This document shows positions 20,173 to 29,100 of a stretch of 45,096 nucleotides of DNA, in pieces. Below the pieces are notes generated by a model. That model searched no databases. It had not been told where the DNA came from and saw only the letters and a program-made list of their open reading frames with translations. This stretch comes from Saprospiraceae bacterium (GTDB lineage Bacteria; Bacteroidota; Bacteroidia; Chitinophagales; Saprospiraceae). A program made the position numbers and the translations under genes. The stretch is from NCBI GenBank assembly GCA_020630555.1, contig JAHDBE010000003.1, positions 1-45,096 of the forward strand, written 5' to 3'. Position 1 is the stretch's first letter. Every line of letters starts with the position of its first letter.

Positions 20173-21159
20173 TTCTTTAGAACATATAGGAGACCAATGT
20201 GAATCGTCATAAAAATAAACGTCTTTAAATTCTTTACAAAGCTCTTTTATAATCTGATCAGAGTTTATATTTAAAAACGATTTATCTGATTTGTTATAAT
20301 GGTAAAAAAAATGAGGGTAGATATAATTTTCTTTATTTAAAATGTTGTCATGATAAACTCCATACTTATCAGGACTCGGCAAGACGATAAGCTTGATACC
20401 TTTTTCATTGAATTTATTTGATAATGAGTTCAATTCTTCTACGAGAGAATTGACTTTACTTTCTTCGTTGTTGTATTTTGCATATTTCAAATCTTCTGCC
20501 AAAAACAATAATTGATTATCGCCAGTTGTAAAACTCTGTTTCTTGAGCTGTGCGGAGAACACCTTGGATATAAGTGCATTGTCGTCTATTAATCTCAACA
20601 AATTTAAAATTGGAAACTTTATGGTATTTGGCGAGAAAAACAACTTTTTAAATTTTGGTTTTATCGTCGGAACGAATTCTTCTTTATGCTTTGTGAAGGT
20701 GTTTTTTTTAGTTTTGTTTATTCGTTCAAGTCTTTTCGTAAAGTATCTTTCGACAGATTGTAATAATACAAATCTCACAGTTATTGAATCAAAAAAGTCA
20801 CCATTAAGTAATTCGTGTGAAATTTGAATGCCATTGGTGGATTTGTCGTAATGTAAAATGTCCAAATTAAAATCGGAGCATAAATAATTTTGATATCCAT
20901 ATTCTCCTTGCTGACTAAATGAATCGCCTATTGTAAGAATATCAAATGTTCTATTCTCCTGTAATTTAGAGAAATCCGTATAACAAATGGATTGATTAAA
21001 GGCATCAGAAAATTGTTCTCTATAATTGTCCGTAAAGTCAAATAATGCACCTTCCCTAATCAACTCACCTTTAGAATTACTCCCGAAATAAGAAAAAGCT
21101 AAGAAGCTGATTAGAAATGGTATGATATAAAAAAGCGTTTTTAGAATGAAGCTTCGCAT
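20143..21159 (-). CDS. AlgX/AlgJ-like SGNH-type O-acetyltransferase partner protein (DHHW-like motif)
   Basis: There is an N-terminal TM anchor, LTIGDSFS (GDS block), and a late DDSHWSP motif. It sits immediately downstream of an MBOAT gene. Its 3' end overlaps the cyclase gene convergently by 30 nt. Confidence 0.65.
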   Translation of the reverse strand: MRSFILKTLFYIIPFLISFLAFSYFGSNSKGELIREGALFDFTDNYREQFSDAFNQSICYTDFSKLQENRTFDILTIGDSFSQQGEYGYQNYLCSDFNLDILHYDKSTNGIQISHELLNGDFFDSITVRFVLLQSVERYFTKRLERINKTKKNTFTKHKEEFVPTIKPKFKKLFFSPNTIKFPILNLLRLIDDNALISKVFSAQLKKQSFTTGDNQLLFLAEDLKYAKYNNEESKVNSLVEELNSLSNKFNEKGIKLIVLPSPDKYGVYHDNILNKENYIYPHFFYHYNKSDKSFLNINSDQIIKELCKEFKDVYFYDDSHWSPICSKELAKHIFRIL

Positions 21160-21162
21160 AAA

Positions 21163-22611
21163 TCAAAATTGAAAATAAATGAAATCATTCTGTTTTCCAC
21201 CAAACCAGAATAAAGAGAAGATTAATGCAAAATAAAAAGCTCTACGTATTATAGGCGGCCAAGAAAATCCGAATCTTCCTAAACCATGATTTTCATTCCG
21301 ATTAAACCACTCTATAATTAACATTAAAGGTATTAGAAAGAAAAGCGGTAAAGACAAAGAAGCGTTTTCAAAATAAGGAAAAGCAAAAAGGCTTCTGTTG
21401 AAGATTCCTAGAAAATACTCGAAAGCGTGAGTTAAATTTTCCGCTCGAAAAAATATCCATGCAATTACCGTCAGAAAAAAAGTAAAAGATATTTGCAAAA
21501 TTTCATATACAGTAGGAATTCCTCTTTGACCAGCAACTATACCAATGTTCCTTCTGTTTGTTTTTCTTAATAATAAAGGGAGAAAGTAAATAGCATTAAT
21601 TAAGCCCCATACTATAAAAGTCCAATTTGCTCCATGCCAAAAACCACTGACCAAGAATATTATAAAAGTGTTTCTAATTTTTTTAATCGTACTTCCACGG
21701 CTACCTCCTAGAGGTATATATAAATAATCTTTAAACCAACTACTTAGTGATATATGCCATCTTCTCCAAAATTCAGCAATGTCTCGAGAAAAGTACGGTG
21801 TAGCAAAGTTTTGTTTCAGATTAAAACCAAAAAGTTTGGCACTACCAATAGCAATATTTGAATACCCGCAAAAATCACCGTAAATCTGGAAAGTGAAAAA
21901 CATCGCTCCAAGAAAAAGCGTACTGCCAGAGTATTGTGAATGATTGTTGAAAATTTGATTAGCGAAACTCGCACAATTATCTGCAATAACGATTTTTTGA
22001 AATAAACCCCATAAAATCTGTCTCATTCCATCCACAGCATTCAAATAAACAAATCGTCTTTTTACATGAAATTGTGGCAATAAATTAATAGCTCGTTCAA
22101 TTGGGCCTGCAACCAACTGAGGGAAGAAACTCACGAATGCAAAAAATGAAATTAAATCCTTCTCGGGCTCTAATTTCCTTCGATAAACGTCTATGGTATA
22201 ACTTAAAGTTTGAAATGTATAGAAACTTATTCCAACCGGTAGAATGACGTTTAATTGAGAGATTTCGAAATTCTTTCCAAACATACTAAATGCAGAGGCG
22301 AAGCTTTCAGCGAAGAAGTTGTAATATTTGAAGATTCCGAGAATCCCCAGATTTACAAAAACTGATATCCATAATAGAATTTTCCTTGTGCGTAAATTAG
22401 AATTGTTTCCCAAACGATACCCAATCAAAAAATCTACTGAGGAACTCAATATTATTAAGCTAAGGAATCTGTAATCCCACCATCCATAAAATATATAACT
22501 GGCAATTACGAGAAAAAAATTCTGAACTTTAAGATTTCTATTGAATACATGCCAGTAAAGAATAAATACTGTGGGTAGGAAGATCGTAAATTCAATAGAA
22601 TTAAAAATCAT
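21163..22611 (-). CDS. MBOAT family O-acyltransferase (AlgI/DltB-like)
   Basis: The protein is polytopic. It carries FWRRWHISLSSWFKDYLYIPLGGSR and SGFWHGANW (catalytic His), which are classic MBOAT motifs. Confidence 0.9.
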   Translation of the reverse strand: MIFNSIEFTIFLPTVFILYWHVFNRNLKVQNFFLVIASYIFYGWWDYRFLSLIILSSSVDFLIGYRLGNNSNLRTRKILLWISVFVNLGILGIFKYYNFFAESFASAFSMFGKNFEISQLNVILPVGISFYTFQTLSYTIDVYRRKLEPEKDLISFFAFVSFFPQLVAGPIERAINLLPQFHVKRRFVYLNAVDGMRQILWGLFQKIVIADNCASFANQIFNNHSQYSGSTLFLGAMFFTFQIYGDFCGYSNIAIGSAKLFGFNLKQNFATPYFSRDIAEFWRRWHISLSSWFKDYLYIPLGGSRGSTIKKIRNTFIIFLVSGFWHGANWTFIVWGLINAIYFLPLLLRKTNRRNIGIVAGQRGIPTVYEILQISFTFFLTVIAWIFFRAENLTHAFEYFLGIFNRSLFAFPYFENASLSLPLFFLIPLMLIIEWFNRNENHGLGRFGFSWPPIIRRAFYFALIFSLFWFGGKQNDFIYFQF

Positions 22612-22719
22612 TCTTCAAAATTCAAGGACGAGCAGAAATAAAATATCTTCACGAAGAAATAAAAGTACGGAAAGCTCTGTAATGAGTATGAGATTTTATA
22701 TTCAGAAGCTTTAATTTAT

Positions 22720-23100
22720 TCAAGAGTCGGGTTTAAAACTCCCAAAATGCCATAACACACCACTCGGATCATGCATAAAAAATTCTCTTCCCCAATCCTC
22801 CTCTATGATCTCTGTAAAACGCACATACTTATATTTCAGGTCGAGTTTTTTTGACTTAAGGTAATCCTCCCAAGCATCAAGATTTTCTAATTCTAAAAAC
22901 AACATGCTGTTGTTTACCCATTTTTTAACGTAGTAATCTTGAAGATAGAAACCAAGTCCTTCTTGTATTTCTACATAGGACATAGTCGAACTCACAGGAC
23001 GAACATAAAAACCTAATTCTCTGTAAAACCCTTGACTTTCAATATAATTTTTAGCTCCTATGAAGCCTCGAATACTTTTAGAAATAAGTGAAGAAGACAT
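22720..23100 (-). CDS. VOC/glyoxalase-bleomycin resistance fold protein
   Basis: Size is 126 aa. The pattern FYRELGF...GREFFMHDPSGVLWHF is typical of small VOC-family proteins. Confidence 0.6.
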   Translation of the reverse strand: MSSSLISKSIRGFIGAKNYIESQGFYRELGFYVRPVSSTMSYVEIQEGLGFYLQDYYVKKWVNNSMLFLELENLDAWEDYLKSKKLDLKYKYVRFTEIIEEDWGREFFMHDPSGVLWHFGSFKPDS

Positions 23101-23115
23101 AACACATATGTTTCA

Positions 23116-23427
23116 TTAAAGAAACGGCTTTATTTCAAAATACATAAAGTAAAGGACGACGGCTAATGCTATTAAAGAAATACATGTTTTTATATATGCC
23201 TTACGACGGTCTTCCCAGATCGTACGCCGTATCTCCTTTTTCAACTTCTCTTTTTCTTCCCTAGTGTATTTCTTTAAATTTTTGGTGTTCAGTCTCTTTG
23301 TGTCTTGTGGTGCGTATTCTCTAAGTGCTTCTAATTTTTCTCTGTATTTTTTTCGAGTGCGCTGCCTTAGAGCCCTGTTCATTTGAAGACTTTTAATCAT
23401 TGCTATTGCATGTCCTGATCCTCCCAT
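23116..23427 (-). CDS. hypothetical Lys/Arg-rich protein with C-terminal TM anchor
   Basis: 103-aa ORF with a highly basic coiled segment followed by ISLIALAVVLYFMYF. No family was recognised. Confidence 0.5.
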   Translation of the reverse strand: MGGSGHAIAMIKSLQMNRALRQRTRKKYREKLEALREYAPQDTKRLNTKNLKKYTREEKEKLKKEIRRTIWEDRRKAYIKTCISLIALAVVLYFMYFEIKPFL

Positions 23428-23463
23428 AGTAGTCGATTTTTGACGAAAGTCTAATCCTTTAAT

Positions 23464-23949
23464 TTAATGAACACGAATAGAGCTTAGTTGATTCCTAGAG
23501 TAGATAAGTATGGGATAACCACTTTTGTAAACTCGACTAGGGTTATTGTCGATTAAATGAAAGGATAAAACATGTTCTTTATCATTATACATAAACCTAA
23601 CATCTCCACTAGTAATAGCCAGTTTGTCGCACTTATTAAGATCTAGTTGTGCTTCAGAGTCTCTACTTTTAAGTTTCCATTTGATCTGACTTTCGTCAAT
23701 GGATATGTACTTCTGTTTCGGACGATAGTTTCGTCGCAAACTTTTGTGTGGATTTAAAAACATATAAATTCCGAGAGCGGCCATCGCGCCGTGAAATGCA
23801 ATCTTCCAAACTTCAAATTTATGATGAAAGATCACAATGAACATTCCACTTAAAACAAGCGATAAACAAAATAACTTCCAAATGAGAATTTCGTTTTTAC
23901 TCAGTGTTTTTAGATGCTCAGAAGCGTCATAATGAAATTTTAAATCCAT
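23464..23949 (-). CDS. hypothetical membrane protein (2 TM helices plus small soluble domain)
   Basis: 161-aa ORF with two hydrophobic helices. Its start overlaps the stop of the upstream DUF2461 gene (TAATG). Confidence 0.55.
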   Translation of the reverse strand: MDLKFHYDASEHLKTLSKNEILIWKLFCLSLVLSGMFIVIFHHKFEVWKIAFHGAMAALGIYMFLNPHKSLRRNYRPKQKYISIDESQIKWKLKSRDSEAQLDLNKCDKLAITSGDVRFMYNDKEHVLSFHLIDNNPSRVYKSGYPILIYSRNQLSSIRVH

Positions 23950-24635
23950 TAGTATAAGGGCAACCCATTTAAGTCGTGTGTTAATATCTCACTCATATAG
24001 TCAAAAAACGGACGTACTCCTTTAAATGACTTATTGACTTCTTTTACAAAATTTTTATCGAGTACTTCTTTGTCGGTAAATTTTCGACCGACTATGAATT
24101 GTTTATACCGTAAAAGATCGATGGCAGGATCTTCTTTTGAAAATCCTTTGGGGGCGGTCTTTACCTGATCTCCTTCCAACTCTCCAAATAGCTCTTTAAA
24201 TTTTTTTGCGTTTAGAATCTTTCGGAGTGGGGTAGGATCTGCCGAAATTTGTTCTCGGATCAATTTTAAATCTGAGGGATTTGGATTCCAAAAACCACAT
24301 CCTACCATTGAATTTCCTCCCGGTTGGACTTTGTAATAATAACCACCTCTTAACCAATCTGTATCTCTTTTTAGTCTTCCGGCAAAGTAATTTTTATAGG
24401 GTGTTTTATCTTTAGAAAACCGCACATCTCTATAAATCCTAAACAAGGATTTCTTCCCAGTCATAGGGACGAGTTGGTCATGCTTGTTCATGTGTATCAT
24501 GAGCTCTTCGGCAAATCCTATCATCTCCTCATGTGCCATGTTATATCGCGACTTGTTCGAATCAAACCATTCTTTATGATTGTTATTGGTCAGATCCTTT
24601 AAATATTGAAAACTTGCTTTTGTAATCATATTCAA
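23949..24635 (-). CDS. DUF2461 (TIGR02453) family protein
   Basis: L.DL..NN.KEWF......Y plus RIYRDVRFSKDKTPYK plus the FY...PGG pattern is characteristic of DUF2461. Confidence 0.8.
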   Translation of the reverse strand: MNMITKASFQYLKDLTNNNHKEWFDSNKSRYNMAHEEMIGFAEELMIHMNKHDQLVPMTGKKSLFRIYRDVRFSKDKTPYKNYFAGRLKRDTDWLRGGYYYKVQPGGNSMVGCGFWNPNPSDLKLIREQISADPTPLRKILNAKKFKELFGELEGDQVKTAPKGFSKEDPAIDLLRYKQFIVGRKFTDKEVLDKNFVKEVNKSFKGVRPFFDYMSEILTHDLNGLPLY

Positions 24636-24776
24636 ACTTAAAATTTTCCTGTACCTAAAATAAGCAGATTTATTCGCCCGTTTTCAGAGCCTTAAATCTA
24701 AATCAATATAGAATAGTTGAAGAATGTTTTATATCTGAAGTTCTAATTGTACCTTTATATTATAAAAAACTACAAT

Positions 24777-25220
24777 ATGAATATCCGAAACTTAAGCACA
24801 CTTCTCTTTATTCTTGTCAGTGGTCATTTGTTTTCGCAAAGCATCGACGCTGAAGTTATGAAAGCCGTTCAAGAGGATAATACTTACGCCCTTAATGAAA
24901 TATTAAATAGTAAGGAATACAATATTAATAGTTGTTTCGAGCTAAAAGGGACTAAGTATAACATTGTTTCCTTGGCTATCAAGTTAGACAAAAAAATAGT
25001 TCTCAATCGATGTTTGTTTGATCGCCAACTTGATTTAAACGCGTACTGTGAAGACAAGACCCCATTAATGTATGCCGTAAAATATGGAAACAAGGATGCC
25101 GTCAAGATGTTGTTGGACAAAGGAGCAGATATAAATGCTACCAGTAAGCAAGGAAAGACGGCTATGGATTATGCTGAGAAATATGAGCAAAAAGAAATAG
25201 CCAAGATGCTGAAGCAATAA
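24777..25220 (+). CDS. secreted ankyrin repeat protein
   Basis: There is a signal peptide MNIRNLSTLLFILVSGHLFSQ. The ANK consensus reads TPLMYAVKYGNKDAVKMLLDKGADINA..KQGKTAMDYA. Confidence 0.8.
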   Translation: MNIRNLSTLLFILVSGHLFSQSIDAEVMKAVQEDNTYALNEILNSKEYNINSCFELKGTKYNIVSLAIKLDKKIVLNRCLFDRQLDLNAYCEDKTPLMYAVKYGNKDAVKMLLDKGADINATSKQGKTAMDYAEKYEQKEIAKMLKQ

Positions 25221-25232
25221 GACTTTATTGAC

Positions 25233-25904
25233 TTGATTTTTGCAGATCATATTCTACAATATTTTGATGCCCTTGAGAAGCCCAAAAGACTTCCTAAGGG
25301 CATCGATGTTTTGTTTCCTTTTGATTCTTTATCAGTACGGCATATACTTTCACAATTCTATATTAAATACTATAATGATACTCAAACACGTCATCTAATT
25401 TTAGGCATAAACCCTGGAAGACTTGGTGCCGGACTAACAGGAGTAGCCTTTACTGATCCTTATCATTTAGAATCCCATTGTGATATTCCTAATAAGCTAA
25501 ATAAAAAAAAGGAACTTTCTTCGATCCTAATTTATGAACTCATAGATCATATGGGTGGACCATATGAGTTTTACTCTAAATTCTTCATTTCCTCAGTATG
25601 TCCAGTGGGATTTACAAAAGAAGGCATTAATTATAATTACTATGACGACGTGATACTTGAAAAGCGCATAGAGAAATATATAGTAAACCATCTAAATGAT
25701 ACCTTAAAAATGAACCTCAAAACAGAGGTCTGTTTTATTTTAGGAAAAGGAAAAAATCTAAAATCAATGAGGACTTTAAATGATAAATATGGATTTTTTG
25801 ATGAATTAATTCCACTCCCTCATCCAAGATGGATTTTACAATACCAAAGAAAAAACAAGACCCAGATTCTAGATGATATCATTTTAAAACTGCAATCGGT
25901 TTAG
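25233..25904 (+). CDS. uracil-DNA glycosylase superfamily protein (SMUG-like / DUF4918-type)
   Basis: GINPGRLGAGLTGVAFTDP is a UDG motif-A-like segment and the C-terminal PLPHPRW is motif-B-like. The track uses a TTG start, and the exact start is uncertain. Confidence 0.6.
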   Translation: MIFADHILQYFDALEKPKRLPKGIDVLFPFDSLSVRHILSQFYIKYYNDTQTRHLILGINPGRLGAGLTGVAFTDPYHLESHCDIPNKLNKKKELSSILIYELIDHMGGPYEFYSKFFISSVCPVGFTKEGINYNYYDDVILEKRIEKYIVNHLNDTLKMNLKTEVCFILGKGKNLKSMRTLNDKYGFFDELIPLPHPRWILQYQRKNKTQILDDIILKLQSV

Positions 25905-26150
25905 TTACAATCAGTTATGCCATTTTTTCTGGAATGTAATGTTTGGACATATTAGAAATTCCATTTATTAGTAAAAATTATTTTTAAAAAATACCCAAAG
26001 ACCAATTAGTAAAGAGTTAGGCCGGCGTCTATATTTGCTTTCGACAAAATCTGACATTCCCCCTTTAAGTCATTCTCCCCCCTAAGATTTTTGGACACTA
26101 CCGTTCTCTTCGGAGAACACAAAACTCATTTTTTTAATAACCAAAATTCA

Positions 26151-29100
26151 ATGCCCATGTGTAAAAGAAATTTACGCATAAGCGGGGGTAGTCTACCTCT
26201 GTTTGCACTAATTTTAACTTTCTGTTTCCAGTTTATTTTGGTTAGTTCATCATCTGCGCAAGCAATTGCTTGTAACGACAATGTACAAGTGTCACTAGAT
26301 GATAACTGCGAAGCGGAAATCACTCCAGAAATGATTTTGGAGGGTGAAGATCCTGGATTAGTCCCAGCGGACTGGACTGTAACCATTGATGGTACAACAG
26401 GACAAACTGTTACTGTAACAGCGAAAGGAACCTATACTGTTACAGCTACTCATGTCCCATCTGGCAATAGCTGTTGGGGAACAATTACTGTAGAAGACAA
26501 ACTTAAGCCAGTGATCACTGGTGTTAATTCTTGTCCAAACGGTGGAACTTTATTTACTACAAGTTTTGTAGGTAGTGTTGATGGAACAAACACTTTAGGA
26601 ACATTCGGTGTTACTTGTGCTGCCTTAGGCGCATCAGTGGGATTACCTAATGCTGTACTTCCATCAGACGTAGCGTATGAACTTGTACCGTTTACAGCAC
26701 CTGCTGATGGAAATTATACTTTAACACCAGCACTTCCCGTAGGTTGTGATTATGTTTTTGGTGTGATTCCAGCAGGAACATTTAATCCAGCAGATCCTTG
26801 TGCAGGATTTGTTGCATTAGGAGGAGCAAGTGCGACTTTTGGATCTACTTCTGTCGGTACAGCGTTTTTAACAGCAGGAGAATACGAACTCGCTATTTGT
26901 GTTAATCCGTTCACTTGTGGATACGACATTACACTTACAAGTGATATTTGCGAATATCCTTGTAATAAAATTGATGAAGTAACTGCGGCACCTTGGCCGG
27001 CAGTTGACGAAAACTGTAGTAGCTACGACTGTGTCTACTCTGATGTTACTGTTTCTGACCAATGCGCAGGAACAATCACTACACGTACATGGATATGTAC
27101 AGATGAATGTGGAAATGCATCTGATCCTTGGTCTCAGTCTTTATACTTTGCACCAATTGATTTAGCAGAAGTTGTTGCACCAGTTTCTTCAGTAGATTTA
27201 AATTGTGGAGTAGGAACTACTCCTCAAGATATTTATGATTTTCAATTACCATTAGTGGGTTCTGCTACAGCATATACTATGGCATGGCCTACAGTTAATG
27301 GATGGCCTGTAGATGGTGCCATTTGTAATCTGGCAGTGACATACACAGATCAAGAAATTCCACTTTGTGGTGATGGTTGTGGTGGAGATGATAATGTAAA
27401 AGTTATTAGAACATGGAATGTTTTTGATTGGTGTGATAATTCGAGCATCTCATTTGTTCAAATTATTAAAGCAGCCGATACAGAAGCACCTACTTTAGAT
27501 GTGGATGATGTTACTGTAAGTACAGATCCTTGGGGATGTACAGCAAGTACTTATCTTCCGGCACCTAATATTTTACATGACAACTGTTCATTTGATGTAG
27601 ATTATACAGTCACTGGTCCTGTAGGTGTTTTGATTACTTACAATAGTTCTTTAGGACAGTATTTTGTAGATGATGCACCTAAAGGAGTACACACATTTAC
27701 ATATACTGCGACTGATTGTTGTGGTAATTCATCTTCATTTGATATTACAGTTTCTGTGGTGGATAATGCAGCTCCTGTTGCTGTTGCTAAGCAAGATATA
27801 GTTATATCATTGACAAGCAGTGGATCTTCTGGAGAGGGTCTAGGTAAATTATATGCAGCATCTATTGATAATGGATCTCATGATGGATGTTCTCCAGTTC
27901 ACTTAGAAGTTCGAAGAGAGTCTCAAAATTGTGGAATTACAGGTAATACAACCTACAACAATGACGGACACTCGTTTGATTCTGGATCGGATCCAGATGA
28001 TGGCGCTTTCGTTAAATTCTGTTGTGATGATATTTATGGTCTAAATGGAGTTGACGAAGATGGCGACGGTGTTAATGATTATGCTGTAGTACAAGTTTGG
28101 TTACGCGTATGGGATGACGGAGATATGAATGGCGTCTATGGTTCAGCAGGAGATAATTTTAACGAAACGTGGGCTAATGTCCGAATCGAAGATAAATTAG
28201 CTCCAGTAATAAGTTGTCCACCTAACATCGTAGTAGATTGTGATACAGATTGCGAAGACTTAAATATTGTAGGTCAAGCAACGGCTTATGGCACTTGTGG
28301 GGCTTCTAATGTAGATTATACGGATATAAATACTGTTAACTCTTGTGGAGTAGGTACTATTTACCGTAGATGGTTTGTGGTTGGAAGACCAGATGTTTTC
28401 TGTACTCAGGTTATTGATAAGACAGCTTTAAATCCATTTGATGGTGATGATATCAACTGGCCTGGAGATATTACTGTAGATTGTATGCAGCCAAGTCCAA
28501 GTGAGCCTACTTGGAATCCAGGACCATGTGACTTAATTGGTTATAGTGTAGAATCGGATACATTCTTATTCGAGGATGGCGCATGTTTCAAAATACTAAA
28601 CCACTACACAGTAATCGACTGGTGTCAGTACGATCCAAACGATACAGATTTAAATACAGTGTACGACCCGACTGATGACGGGTACGTATTTGGAATATGG
28701 TTCCATACGCAAGTTGTAAAAGTAGAAGACAATATTGCACCTACTTTATTTGAATGCGACGATCTTATGATGGAAGTTAATGATCATAACGATGCGGATG
28801 GTGACGGTATAGAATGTGAAAATAGAGCGGTTATGTTAACTAATACCGCTGAGGATAATGGGGACTGTGCCAGTGACTGGCTAAAATGGGATATTGAGAT
28901 AGATTTATGGGGTGACGGTTCAGTAGATTATATCCTTTCGGCAGTTTCAGCTTCTGGCGAACAAGTGAAAGTGACAATTCCTGAAGACATCGAAGGAAGT
29001 ATGTACAATCACCGTGTTCTATGGAAAGTTAGAGACGGTTGTGGAAACACTACAAGTTGTTCTACAACATTCATGGTCGTAGATAAGAAGGCCCCCACTC

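Noticed and set aside
26103-26118. GTTCTC-TTCG-GAGAAC hairpin in the adhesin leader, a similar ATTCTC-N6-GAGAAT hairpin at ~7729..7746 upstream of the M43-like gene, and GTTCTCTTC again at ~10579
   Set aside because: Considered as a shared leader motif of T9SS cargo genes. The stems are only 6 bp, the third cargo gene (M14) lacks it, and a 9-mer recurrence in 45 kb on both strands is expected by chance.
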